Origin: Lingula anatina
Taxonomy: Eukaryota; Animalia; Brachiopoda
Assembly (NCBI GenBank): GCA_051362555.1
Contig: CM120641.1
Coordinates: forward strand, 4,836,001-4,900,000
Direction of reading: 5' to 3'
DNA length: 64,000 nt
The position numbers were made by a program, and so were the translations under genes. This document shows, in pieces, positions 24,401-38,417 of this stretch; the stretch's first letter is position 1; each line of letters starts with the position of its first letter. The notes under the pieces were generated by a model, which saw only the letters and a program-made list of their open reading frames with translations, was not told the DNA's origin and made no database searches.

Positions 24401-27400
24401 TGTTCGTTAGTGTTACAAGATACATGCATTTTTTGTTTGTTACTGTAGTGCATTAAAGTGTAATAAGACCCTAAATATATCCTTGAATGTACTCGTCAAG
24501 GGTGAAGTTGGGAACTTTTTCCTGGACATGCTCTTGAAATATTTCTTTCAAAAAACCCATTGAAACAAAATTGTCAGTCTGTGAATTATGGTTGTTCTAC
24601 ATGAGATGGTTCAGGCACTGCCTTTAATGAGGGCTCATTACCAAAATGTTAAATAAGAGAAAAGAAAAAAATCACTAAATAAGTTTTATAGGTTTGGTTG
24701 AAATGTATTTTTTTGCATGACTAAATTTCCACTGATGATCAGACAGTTGAAAGATGGCATACATTTGCCACAGTTTTTCTTTGTGTTTCTTACTTGTTGT
24801 AGAAGTTAGGCGAACCGATTTCCTTTTTATACCTGGGTATTCCTGTTGACAGGGGGAAGATAAATGGTGCAGCTGTAACATTATGTGTGGAGACATCAGC
24901 CTGACAAATGGCTTTAAAAGCATGCAGTTTCAGTTTGTAAGGTATCAGACTATAGATGTAAAAAAAGGGCTACTGTACTTTTTTTCCTGTCGAATTCATT
25001 TACAGAATTACAGTAACCACTCCCCATTGGGGAAAGCAAAATTCAAGAGTTTTGACTGGGTGGGCTAAATAAGGAATGAAATGTGTTAACCATAATTATT
25101 TGAAAGTTACCCTCTGAAAGGATTTTTTCTGTAATAATGCCAGCAAACTCAATATTATTTAAAAATCATTGTGTCCTTTTTTAAATACATGTATTTAAGT
25201 GCACTGAAGTATTATCCAGAGATGCGATTTTTCTGTCCAATGGCAGATTTCTGACTTTTTGAAAGCCAAAAATATCATCGGTCTAGGCACCCCCCTGGAC
25301 CCCATGCCATATTTTTCACTAAATGGCAGTCTCTTCCCTGCTTATCTGCCTTTCCTTGTCTGTGAGAACTCTCTCACAATAATCAATATAAGAGAAACAG
25401 GTGGTTGCATTGCATGCAGGCATATTATCTTTTAAAAAGAGCCGTGCTTTCTAAAATATTGCAATGTAATGGGAATACTTCTCAAAAAAAAAAAAAAAAA
25501 AAAAAAAGAAGACCATTAGGCATTATTTTGCATTCAGGAATACCTCAAGGGTTGTGAAGAACATCAACATGGTGGGAATGTTGGTGGCATTGACCCCATG
25601 GGTATAGTGTTTGAAAAGGAAAAAATATGGTTGATGAACTAAGGTGTCCCTTTGAAGTGGTTCCGCATTTTTTTTTTTCAAACAGACTGGAGTAATGTCA
25701 TTGCTATGTAATTCTATTTGGTTGTGACGCCAGGACCACTTCTGAAGAGAAGTCAAGGTAATGATGACATTTTTTCCAGTCATCCAGCAGAGCAGAATGT
25801 TAACACCTGCTGAGAGGTGAGGAGTGTGTGCTTTATCAGGTGTTTGGTTGCTAACATTACAAGAGTTGGCATATCTTCATCTTTCTGGTGTTCCTCTGTG
25901 TTTTTTTTTTTGACAGTGTAATAGTGAATTAATAGCTGAAACTACCTATAATATCATTAAATCTTTTTCAGGCTGTTTTAAGTTTTTTATTTATTTATTT
26001 TATTTTTTTTTATTAGTTATTCATGTCAAGTTAAATTTAAACACATTTAAATGATGCCAGATTTATTTCTTAATTATTAATTTAGTCAGATCTGTTTAAG
26101 TTGAGTCAATATGTCTCCTTTTCATTTATTTTGCCCCAAAATATTTGTTTCCAGCCATTATAAGTAAGATGTTTTTCAAAAAATCCATTTTTTTTACAAT
26201 GTCACTGTGGAAATTTTTTCAAAGGATTACACAGTGAAGTAAGAAAACACTTGATTTGACTACTGCCATGTAGGGGGGCTTACTTTTGTGTGGTAAATTG
26301 CATTCCATTTTTTCTCTTTTCTTTTTTCACCCTCTATTTCTATTTCCTTTTAAGGAAAAGGAGGTGAAGGTGGTTATTCTCCTTGCCCTTTTCTCTCTGC
26401 ACTGAAAAGAGGGGTCAACTTGCCAGATCTAATCCCATTTCACAACCTAGTTTTTTTCCAAATTTGATGGATTGATAGGATGTCTATTTTTTCCATACTT
26501 GAGATATCAAGGATTAATTTACAGGTAGCTCTCCTCAAATTCCATATAATTACAGCTGAACATCTTACGCATATTTCAGGTCCTACTCTGAGATTCTAGT
26601 GGTCTTAACCTGAGGTACCAATACTTAAAACTGCAGCTTTTCAAGAATGTTTTTTTTTTCTGGCATACCTGTATTATACAGACATTCTAATGGGAGAGGT
26701 GATAATCTTACCTGAGGACCGACTTTATTTACATACTTTCTCGTACTTCCTCAAGACATTTAGGCCCAGGAAACCAGTGTAAAACCTGCCCCTTACTACA
26801 TATAATTTTTATCTCCTGTTGTTTTTGCTTAGGTGTACTGTTGCCCTTTCCTTAATGCTTTAAGGGTATCAGTTCATCAGCCCTAGAGTTTTATTACATG
26901 GTGTCATCTGCTTACATTAAGGAATCTTTTAGTCTACCTGCTGGAGAAGTCAATGAGAAGATGTCACGCTAGGGCATGTGTGCTGCTTGTTGAAGGCAGT
27001 GGGGCTGTTAAAGGGGGAGCTGCATGCTATCATTTTGAAAATTTGAGCAGAGTATTATTTAGGCAGTATTTCAAATACATATTAGTCAAACATTTATAAT
27101 AGGTAAATTCCTGTCATAAAGATATTATTTACAATTTTTGCACATAATTTAAAAATTAGGAACATTTTGGGGGTTTTGGGGAGCATGTCACATTCTGACT
27201 TTTCCGTGGTATCTGGACTAGTCTATTGGATCCCTTTAGAAGTGACTTGGTGAATATTTAGATCTGTCGCTATATATCTATATGAGTATGACTGTGTATT
27301 CTACAAAGAGTTAAAGTGTAATGGAAAATGCATTTCTAAGAGTTGGAAAATCTTTCTGTACTTTGGCATCTTGTTGAACTACATGTTCGGATAGAGGTTG

Positions 27401-28033
27401 TATTTGATGTGGGTTAACATACATGGCAGTACACATGTACAACTGATTTAAGTTTATTTATTTGACAGCTAAATTTGGTAGCACAGCAAAGATTTATTAT
27501 TTTGAGTGGAACGGACCTATTTATCACTAAGAGGAAAAAAGAGGAGTTTGGAGCATGTCGAAATGGTCTTGCTTTTTTTGTCTAGACAATAGATGGATAT
27601 TTATGGGACAATTTACTACTGAACCATACATATATAACCAAGAGCAGCAATAGTGTACATGTAGCACTGCTTGTCCGGTTATGTAGAACGTTGATTCTAG
27701 TAGTTCAGCATAAGTATGTACAAAATGCCATCAGAGGTGTTAAGTATCCAGGCCACTCCATTAACTCTGCTGACTGCATGGCTGATATTCTGATTACCAA
27801 AGCACCAAGCATTAATTAGAACTTTCTCTCTCTTATTGCGATCAGCGTAATAACAACTGGACATTCGTGTGTCGTAAGTGACAAAATTGCCTTTAACTGG
27901 ATTATAGACTGATGTCACCAGTTCTATAAAAGGAAAATATATTGACTCGAAGTGGACGAGTTTAGGATATTACCGTGCTTATGTCATTCTCCGTGGATGT
28001 AATATATGGTTAGACTGTCACAAGACATTCAGG

Positions 28034-28053
28034 ATGGATGTGTCTCTGTACAG
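28034..28053 (+). CDS. Predicted alternative first coding exon (MDVSLY-, phase 2)
   Basis: aggATGG start and strong donor CAG|gtaaga in a locally CpG-richer patch (27840-27995); joins in frame to 30218. The frame is also open back to an AG at 27907. Confidence 0.55.
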
Positions 28054-30009
28054 GTAAGACAGGATGAGAGGGGCTGGTATCTTATGACCTCTTTCTCATA
28101 ATTATCACATACACAGTAGTCCCAGGTATAGTAAGAGAAACCAACCTTGGGTAATTACCCTGATTAAATATTCCCCCCCTGTCACTGATTATTAATTACA
28201 GCTTGAAGTAGGGACCTGGCTTGCAAGGAGTCTTAATTTGTTACAGCTACTGTAATGTGCATCTGAACCAGCCGGGGGTGCTAAATTGTTTTTAAGATTC
28301 TGGACATATATCTTGACAAGTAAGTTGACATTGTTTTTGGAGACTTGTGGATTTGTTTAAACCAATTCTTGTTCAGTCTCCGTAGGTGTTCTTCTCACTG
28401 TACAGTGTACTACTACTCATTTTGGTCGACTTAATTTGTCATGTGCCCCTGAAACTATGCTAATGGGATTTCCCATCAGACAATCAGGCTATTCATCCAC
28501 TGCAGATAAATTCACATCATTAATACATTCTGTATATTTTGCTGTGCAGTTCTTATTGACATATGATTTGAAGAATTCACTATGTATAAAGGCTAATAAG
28601 GACAACTGTTATATGCTAGTGCCAATCTTTTATGTGAAGTCTGCACTATGGCATTTTTAAGCAGAATGTAGGAGTGCAATTTAGTCCACCCACTGATTAT
28701 AGGTCCAAATGCTAATGCTTTCACCAAGGTAGGTATTGTTCATCATAGAACCTTTATAATGATGATATTTTTTTCTTTTGCAAAGTGTTATTTGGTTTAA
28801 GAAATAAGAGTTATGTTGCTCTTCAGTTTCAAATTGAGACTTCTCTTGAACTGAGATTATTATGGTTGTAAACATGTGATATTGTGTAGAAATAATTAAC
28901 AAACTTCATCTATAAGCATTCCAGCATTTTATTTTCAAGATTTAGTTTAAGTTACAAATATCACAATAGGACTTTCACGTTTTTCACATATTATTAAAAC
29001 AATCCTATAGCATTCAAACTACATTAATTCATTTTTTAAAAATTAAGTTGTTCTGTGCATTATGTTGCACTTACAATTGTAGTTGTCTGTGTAAGATTGG
29101 GATTTACATACCTTGCTCTCTATAGAGTTTAGTACTTAATGATTAGATACAATATTTGTAAGCTGAAAAAAAAAAATCTATCTAAGGAACTAGGTTGTAT
29201 AACAGTACTAATATATAGCAAGTTATTTTTGTGAATCGAGTGATAAGATCATAGGTTTTTACTAAAATGAGAGGAAAATGAGATTTAGGAGATATTTTGA
29301 TGTCTTTTTCAAGAAGAGATACCCTAGTTTTTGACAGATGTCTTTCTATTGTATGATGACCTGGGGAATTCTTTATGCCACAAATGTGTCTGTTTTGTAA
29401 ATAAAATGTGAAAAGTGTGTAACTACATCTGGATTTTACAGCATTCAGAACATGTATCTTGAAGAAAATTAGTTTTGACTAGTTGCAGTCACTATAACAA
29501 CAATATAATTATTATAATAAGATGTAATTGATCAAGGATTTGTTGTTCTGTTATATTCCTAGGCAACCCAAGAACGATAATTAAATGTGGAAATATGTTC
29601 TAGTTAAATACTGTAATGATACTCTTTTGAACCTATAATGTTTTCAGTATTCCTAAATATATATAAGGTGACTGGTATTGCAAATCATTCCAGGTCTGTA
29701 AGTCTTGATATTAGATTTTTAATATGCATCTTCTTCCAAAAAAATGTCTGGTAATCAGTGCATATATCAGGGAGAAGGACCTGTGGAAACGCCCTTGGCT
29801 ACCATGCATTATAGTTGTCAATGAGTAGAAAGCAACAGTTGGGTGTATATCATTATATTGGCAAGTATTACAAAAGGGAAGAAAATATGCTGACATTTCA
29901 GATTTTTTTCTAGGTATTACAAATTAAGTGTCAAAATAACACTTATTGGTCTGCACAGTGCATAATTGGATCATATGTTACAAAATGAAAATGTCTGGGT
30001 AACATTATT

Positions 30010-30176
30010 CAGGGGCGGATAGAGGCCATCTTCTGGGGCTTCCGGAAGACGGTCAGATTTTTAGTGTTACATGATGGGTATTTAATTTTTTCTGTCTGAA
30101 TACAGTCAAAAATGGAGGATGGATCAACTAAGATAATTTAGAAGACTGTCAGAAAATACCTCTGGATCCGCCCATT
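30010..30176. mobile_element. MITE with CAGGGGCGGAT / ATCCGCCC termini, copy 1
   Basis: Terminal inverted repeats; clear homology to 35924-36091 (shared GGAGGATGGATCAAC.AAGATAATTT.GAAGACTGTCAGAAAATA). Confidence 0.75.
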
Positions 30177-30217
30177 ATTTATAAACTATATACAATGTAT
30201 ATATATCAATGTTTCAG

Positions 30218-30358
30218 GATTGACAGTTCCCAGGATTTGTGGTTGTCAGACATGTCTGCTGATGATGATTTGGATGAGGAGCTAGAATACCTAGACTTGT
30301 CCTCTCTAGAAGATGGTGTGGAAGATACCTTAGAAGATATGCCATGTACTAAACAAAG
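30218..30358 (+). CDS. Predicted internal exon, 141 nt, phase 2-2, acidic peptide IDSSQDLWLSDMSADDDLDEELEYLDLSSLEDGVEDTLEDMPCTKQ
   Basis: Acceptor gtttcag|, donor AAG|gtaagc, length a multiple of 3, open frame, coding-like composition. Confidence 0.75.
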
Positions 30359-33300
30359 GTAAGCCACTACCTTGATGCAATACTGGCCTCGTGTACAGTG
30401 TGAGTAACTGGGCTCCCTCTTGTATCTGTCTTATATCTGCATGTGTAGCAATTGAACATTAATCAGGTGAAATATTTATGCTTATGTAAGATATTGTATG
30501 ATTAATATGGAAGTGGTATACAGATATTTCAGCATGCTTTTTTCTCATTTGGCTGAAAGAGATTATTTTAATAAATTAATGAAATTTTGAGTTGCATATC
30601 ATTCAGTTCTGTGCAGAGAAGAAAAAAAAACTAATCTTCAGATTATTTATAAATGCTCATCTCCACTGATACTCTCTTTCTGTCATATTAAGAAGAAACA
30701 GTATTATTCAAGGGTCGTGCTGCAAGTATAAGAAATTGCCAGTCGCTAATAATAACCAAGTCAAGATAACAAAGTTAATATCTTTTGCCAATTTGTCATT
30801 AATGTGCTTAAGTTAGCTGCATCCTGTCTGAGATTTTCCTGCCAAATCAAATTTTCCTTAGAACAAAAATGTTCTCCTACTAATAATGAATTGTTGTTCA
30901 ACCTGTCCTCGCACTTGGATTTAATATTTTTAATAATTAAAAATTATATAATTTAAATCTAAGTGACTGACCAGTCATTTACCGTGCTATATGCCTTCCC
31001 CTATATTTCAGGTGGAGCCAGAAATTTCAAAAAGGGTTTTTCTTTTTCTGAAAAGGTGGGCCTCCTCCTAAGCTTACCCAAATTATTAAATTGCATAGAA
31101 CCTGGATCATATTTTGATTCAGAGTAGATCTTTTCTGGCCAAAAGAGCAGATTTTTTTCTAATCCCCTGAACCTCCTGCCTACAGATCTGAGGAAATATT
31201 GATATCAGGCGCTTTTATTAAAGGGGTTTTGTCATTTATAAGGTCTCTGGTTTTATCCTTTGTGAGGTCTGAATTGGTAAAAAATGAGAAGCTTTGGATA
31301 TGTAGATATACAAATATGACTTGAGGGCATTTTCAAACGTGGACAGTATACCTTTTAAGATTTGTAAAATGCCTGTGCTGAAAAAGGAAGACCAGTTATC
31401 TTTACTAGAATAGGTGGAATGGTACCATGACATGAATGAACTCTGGATCCTTATACTTCAAAAACCTGTTGGCGTTCATGAGGGAGGTTAAACAGAGTCT
31501 ATTGTGCCAGGGGCAATCTAATTTTCTGACAGCTATACAAAATTGACAGAATGCATGTAAATATCTATTTTCTGTTGGTCACTGATACAGGTTTTACCTG
31601 ATATGATCTTACTGACCTTGGTCTTAATATGAAGATCAGATGTTACTGTCTAAATAAAAGAAACACTGCAGCTATCGGAGGAGCACAGGGTTGCTTTTAT
31701 GTATAATAGTGCTTATTTTTCAATTTCTGTACTCTTTCTAGTTTGATTTTTATTACTTATTGAAGACCTTATTTTGGACACACTGGTGGAATTGTTTGGG
31801 CCTCTGGCTATGGTTTCTAGTCCTCTTGCACCTTAGTTACCTATATATTTTTCAACATGTTTACTCGTACAAATTCAGGCCAACTATTATAAGTTGGTTG
31901 TCTGATCAGTCACCTCTGTTGTCTTGTTGACACGTTCATTTTGTTCCAATCGTTGAACAAAACTGAAATAATGTATTAAGTTACAAGGAAGAGGTGGATA
32001 TTCGTAAAGATAACAATATAATGCCATAATTGAAAAGTACTGGATGGTATTCAAGGATGCATGTTTGTCATTTGTGAAGAAAGAATTGATCTTGAGTTAG
32101 TTACATTACATTACATGTGTATCACATCTAGAATATAGATTTCGCTGCAGGTCGTAACATGAAAAGAAAATATGCATAAACAAGTTGTTTTTATGGATAA
32201 ATAAGTATTCTCATTTTTTATGGCAGCATCTTCCCCAGGGGTTGTATATACTTTTAAAAATGTGTGGCAAGTGATAATATAACTGTAACATGGAATAACC
32301 ATGACTTGCAAGTTAAGTGCTATTGGAGGTCAGGACAGGTAGCCCTTGGTGAGTGCCGTGTCTTACCACGAGATCAAGAATGCTAAGCAATGTCTATAGA
32401 AGTCATAAATGTTAACCTTTACATATCATTGCTACCTTAGTAGCTTCCCTTTGTGGGAATTCACACGGCAAAAGAACAATTTTTTAATGTTACATTAAAA
32501 AAAAAAAACAAAAAAAAAACGGAGGTGGGGGGGGGGGGATTTGGTGGTGTTAGATATGTTTTGTTTTGATTCATTGAAAAGATTATTTTTGGTTGACCAA
32601 GTCATTAAAGATCTACCAGATCAGTGCAATATTTTAAGAGTGGAAAATTTGGTGAATTCAGTGAATTTTGACTGACAAAAGTTGAATGGGCTAAAGATCA
32701 TATATCTGTCAGTGAAAGAGAAAAATTCATAAAAAACTTATTGATCATACAAACTTAATCCAAAAGATACCTGATTATAGACATTTTGTTGTCAGAGGAA
32801 AGATGTAAATATTTTATTACTGGAACCATTTTTATCCAAGACAGTAACTGTTGTAATGACGTCCATTATTTGTCCATGGTGTATTTTATCTGTAAATATA
32901 ACATCACAGCATGAGGTCCTGTTGAAACACAGTCCTTAAAATCATTAATCATGTACACAATTTATGATATAGAATCCTAAATGTCACAGTAGGTTCATAG
33001 TGCTCTTTGTTGTAGCATTACAGTTGAGAAACTGTATCTGTGTTGACTCTTATTCACACGCAAGATAATGCGATGTGTAGTGGGAATGCAGGATTTTCTT
33101 CTGTTTTTCCCACATGCAATTTGACAATTTTGTCTTTTTTAGGGAGAATTGAACCAAACGACTATCAGATATTAGTTTGTGTATTATTTTTAGATAACCT
33201 TAAACCCTGATTCAGTATGTTTTTTTTTTTTAATTCATTTTTATGTACAGACACAGTGTGTCAGTACATATGGCCCTCACCTGCGTCAGTTGTTGTCTGT

Positions 33301-34566
33301 GCTGGATCCTCGTAGCCATGCTCTTTTTACTGTTTACGCAATTAATGAAAAACAATATGACGTCTTATCCTCAAAATTTCTGGAGTGCTTTTTGGCAGGT
33401 CAATATAGGTCAAACAGCAGCTTTAATGGGTTGTTTTGTTTGGAGTTTTTGTAAAATTTTCATTTTTCACATATTGGCATTTCCAGTATGTGACTTTAAA
33501 ATTTCTTGGAACTGAAGCCCTATGCTAGTTACATTATCTTAATGCCCATGTAACCTAACGTACATTTTTAAAATAGGAGATAATTATACTGTTAAACATT
33601 ATGTATTATTGCATCAAAATTGATTTTAAAAAACTACATTGTGCACAAGCATTATTTTCTGCTTTTTGTCTGTACATTTAGCAGCTTTGCTGTCTCATTT
33701 GAAAATATATCTTTTAAAGTTTACTTGAATATATAACAGCTTTGTTGATAAACTATGCCTTAAGCAAAGGACTGTGGCATATTAGGACTATGACATATTA
33801 TATAATGAAGGGTAAAACCTTGAGGCTAGAAGCACGTATTAGACACAAGGAAATACCAGGGCATTGTTCCAAATGAGTAAGACATAGGATGGCTTGTAGT
33901 TTTTATATGTATTTACCTTCTGAGAATTTCAGTTCTTCGATAATCGGCAGTAAAAAGCATTGTCAGAAACTTGTATTCTGGATTAGATCATTTGCCTGGT
34001 AATACTACTTCATACAAGTAATGAAAAATCTAAAAGTCTGGAAAACACTTTAAGGTTTTCTGCCAGGAAATGTTTTATATCTACTCAAAAACGAAATGAA
34101 GATCATTCTTGTGGAAAAAGCAGCTCAAACCAGGGGTGAAATTGGTTTGTATTTAAATTACCACATCCTATAGGTTTTGAAGTTGGAGGTTATTTTGGTA
34201 TTAAAAGTCCAAACAAAGGTAGTAGGGGTCATTTTGGAGATACTGTATGTCACTTTGCCTAATTTTTTTTGTCTTTGTGTGTGTGTGTGTGTGTGTGTGC
34301 GTGCGTGTGTGAAAATGTGCTAAGAAAATCCCATCTCGCCTGATATGAATGGCAGTAAGCTTGTGCACGAGGCATTCCAATTTGATAGTAGGGGTTTCTA
34401 AAATGGTATAAAAATTAAAGTATAGGCCCCTTTGGGAAAACACTCAACAGCTCGTCTGCTGTTATGTATGTACATACAACTACCCAGCCCTACCCAGCCC
34501 TATCATCAGTGGCCGAGGAGGATAATTGTGGGGTTGGTGCAACCAATCCGATGGCATATGGAATGA

Positions 34567-34800
34567 GAGACCATTCCCAGTAAACTATGGTACTAGCTTT
34601 GGATTGATCTATCTCCAAGGGGGTTCTCACTAAATTGCTATCATCTGAAGCTGAAGCTGTTAGAGGGTAATTAACTATCGTTTAGTGGCTTCAGTAGGGG
34701 TGCCAGACATATAAGCCATTTACGCTAAAAGCAATTTAGCGAGAAACCCCTTTGATATAGGTCGATTCAGTTTGATTGATCTAGGCATGGGAACCCAGTC
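34567..34800. mobile_element. PIF/Harbinger-like MITE, family copy 2 (inverted relative to copy 3)
   Basis: Its reverse complement aligns end to end with 37730-37982 apart from an internal indel; flanked by TGA/TAA. Confidence 0.8.
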
Positions 34801-35923
34801 TAAGTATGAAGCCATGCTTGACTTGCATTACGTAACACAGACAGGGATGTACGCTACTCATCACCTGTGTATGAAATCGCCTGTATACATGTCTGGCAAG
34901 GAGCGCATTCCTGTTGATCATGTCAAATCCCACAATTGATACAATAATTTTGTAACAGGCTACTAGCAGGCCCTGTGGTTAGTGTAATGAAGGCAGATGT
35001 CACTGCAGACCACTTTCTAGCCACAGAGTGAGCTACACACAGGTAGAAGTAGTCATTATATCAGAACACTAAGCACTGGCTGGCACTGATAGATAATAGA
35101 GGAGCTTCCAGAAAAAAAAATATTAAAGAATAAAATGACACATGGGGGCTCAGTTCACACTGCCTGTGATACAGACTGAGGACATATTGATAGATTAGAC
35201 AAGAGTAATGGTGAAGTGTGTCCTTTGACATTAGTCAGTTGGCAGTTAGGGTGGTTTAGGCTGTGATGGAGGTCGGATAAAAGAGTGATAATAAAGTGAC
35301 CCAAATCTGATGAATCAGCTTTGTCTATTTTTCCAGTCCTTCGATAAGAACATAATCAAACTCTATTCTGTTCTTTATTTACCATAATGGGCAGATAATC
35401 TAAGTCAAAGTTTTCTTTTGCAATTGTTTGCAATCATGTGATCAGGCTCATCTGAGTCCTTGACCCAATACTATGGACTGTGATGCAATGCAGTAAACAT
35501 CCCCTCCCTCCTCCATGCATGTGGTCATCATAGTGGACATCAATCAATGCGAAATATGAGCATAAAAAGACCTTCTGTAAAAGTTTTGTGGTGTCCAGTA
35601 TCTGTATGATTGTAGTTTACCCCTGTGGTCCAATCAATTATGAATATCACATGAACACGATGAAGGGCAGGGTTGATGTGTACCTCAAGAGCTTGAGGGA
35701 GAATGAGAGGTATGTATTTGTTGTCAAATGCCTTTATTTTTGTTACAAATCTACATTTTTGAATTTCTTAGAAACATGCAGCATAATTTTTCGCATCTGT
35801 TCTACAATAGTTTACATAAAATCATGTGCTACTATCACCATCGCAATTATCATCAACCCAAAGGTGAACAGTCCTAGTATACGTGCCGAATTTGTGTGAC
35901 AGCATTCTGCGGTACATATTATT

Positions 35924-36091
35924 CAGTGGCAGATTGAGGCCCTCTTCAGGGTCTTCCAGTTGATGGTCAGATTTTCAACTTTACATTGACTGGTATCTCT
36001 TTTTTTTTGTCAGAAGACAGTCAAAAAAGGAGGATGGATCAACAAAGATAATTTGGAAGACTGTCAGAAAATATCTCTGGATCCACCCCTG
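35924..36091. mobile_element. MITE with CAGTGGCAGAT / ATCCACCCCTG termini, copy 2
   Basis: Same orientation as, and homologous to, 30010-30176; TTATT on both flanks. Confidence 0.75.
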
Positions 36092-37729
36092 TTATTTTAT
36101 TGCTACACTTTCTTGTTCTTGGTTGACTGAATTACTGTAGTTCTGCCTGCATCCCAGATAGGCTTAGACTTGAGATAAGATACATATGTGTAAAAACCTT
36201 GGTTTTTATGGCCTTTTAATGATAGCCGATTGTCAGGTCATGATGTTTTTTTTTTTAATCAAAGCCTTTCTACCCAACCCAGGACCAATTCTGTTCTTTT
36301 TTTAAAGTTTCTTTTGTAATGGATTCTGTTCAGACATTCAATGAAGAAGGTGTGTATTTATCCTCGCCTCTTGGGGATATGATTTTACGTGTTTGACCTG
36401 ATGGTATGAATAACCCTTGTCCTCAGCAATGCCCTTGATTTTTTATTGAGGTCATTATAGAATTACATAGCCATCATGTTAGTTTAAGACAGAAGATTTG
36501 TTATATCAACTCTATCTTCGAAAAATCTATCAGAAAACATACTTTAGGGTAGATACAGTATAAATACAACTGCAGCAATCTTTATACATTTAAATACATA
36601 TATTCTGTATATCAATACTTGATAATATTGCAAAATTTAAGTGACGTCATAGAATTAGACTTTGTTTGGGTAGAATGTTTCAATGTTGCCTGGCTTGTAC
36701 AGCTTCATACAAACTTATGACTCAGAGAAAATAAAAATTGGAAAAGTACATAATTGGAATAATTTACATACATGTATTTTTGTCCTATCAGCATCTGTAT
36801 CAGTGTTTTAGATTTGATTTAATCAAAGTGACAAAATGAATTTGAGTCACCCATGTGACTTTTGATGGTGCTCTGTTAGTAAAATTGGGGGAGAGAGGGG
36901 GGGAGCAGGTGTTTACTGTCCAGAAACTGTGACAGCAGACACTTATTTTGGGGAGATTTTATCAGGTTTTTGGAGCATTTTGTAAGTGACATGTAGATAG
37001 GTATCTGAGTAATGGAGTTATTGTCTAAATAAAGACTTTAAAATAATATGTGTGAAATATAATAGAGATGCGGTATATGTAAAATGATTCAAATTAGTGT
37101 GCTTTACAGTTGGACGTCCCACAGGGCTTCTTGATGATAGTCGTTTTGAATGTCAACGTGTATATTATAGCCGAATGTTAAGACGCTTGACATATAATGC
37201 TTTATGCAAATGAAATCGCTTAGGAAACAGAACACTTATCATTAATAGGATGATTTATGACTCGGTAATCATTTGAAAAACATTTAGGAGCTATTGGCTT
37301 TCAAACAAAATAGTACTTGAAATATCATCTTTGCATACGTCTTCAGCTTATTTAGGAAGCTTAAGGACCAGTGTTAAACCTTGTTTGGGTAAGATGAAAG
37401 ATAAGAGTATGATGTCTCCTTCACCATTGACAGATTTATATTGAAAGAAGTTCCAACATTTTGATGCTGGTACCCCTTTAAAATACATTGCAATAGAGTA
37501 TTCATGGATATCTTTTTTTTTTATTAGACAAATTATAGCTGTTATATATATGGTTATCTGTAGGCATTCACTAATGTGTTTTTAAAGGAAAGTATTGCAT
37601 TTCGTGAAGATTAAGAGCAAAGTAGGTGAATTGTTGGCAGAAAACAGATGCCATAAGACAGATTTTTGAAAACATTTTTGATAATTTTCTTATAAAGACA
37701 ACATTAACTTAAGATCAGTGTTTGAGTTA

Positions 37730-37982
37730 GACTGGGTTCCCAAACATAGATTGATTTAACAGGATCGATCCATCTCCAGGGGGTTTCTCGCTAAATTGCT
37801 TTTGGCTTAAGTGGCTTAGATGTCTGGCAAGCCTACTTAAACTGCTAAACAATAATTACCCCCCAGCAGCTTCAGTAGGAGTGATAGACATCAGAGCCGC
37901 TTAAGTTGATTGCAATTAAGTGAGAATCCCCTAGGAGATAGATCGATCCATAGTTAGTATGATAGGGTCTAGGAATGGTCCC
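37730..37982. mobile_element. PIF/Harbinger-like MITE, family copy 3
   Basis: TTA on both sides (37727-37729 and 37983-37985), the typical Harbinger 3-bp TSD; subterminal inverted repeats GGATCGATCCATCTCC / GGAGATAGATCGATCC. Confidence 0.8.
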
Positions 37983-38198
37983 TTAATTGTGGGGATGATG
38001 ACCAAATATCTTGCCATTTCACGTCACGTAGGGCCTCAGTGCCCTCACTATTTTGCATGGCAATTTGCAGCATTTTCTACAGTTTATCCTTTCTAAATTT
38101 CTTAAACATTCCCAGTCATGCACTGCTGATTGATTCTAGGCCTCACCATATTTACATATATGGATATTTACTTACCATATTTTTAATTTCTCTATTAG

Positions 38199-38417
38199 GT
38201 GCTATATAAACCACTGCCACATTGACCTTGGTAATAACAGTAACATGCCCAGGAAGAACAGTGAGGGGGATGAGGATGGGGAAGAAGAAGAAGAGGCAGA
38301 ATTCTATAATTTTGAAGATTATGAACCAGAGCCCATGCTATCGCCCATGATGCCTGTAATTGGCCATTTCTGCAGAAGCAACACGACTGTAGATGAGTGC
38401 CTAACAATCCCATACTA
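38199..38417 (+). CDS. Predicted internal exon, 219 nt, phase 2-2 (CYINHCHIDLGNNSNMPRKNSEGDEDGEEEEEAEFYNFEDYEPEPMLSPMMPVIGHFCRSNTTVDECLTIPY)
   Basis: Acceptor tttctctattag|, donor TA|gtgagt, open for 73 codons. It needs a next exon starting with T or C, which 61594 satisfies. Confidence 0.78.
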
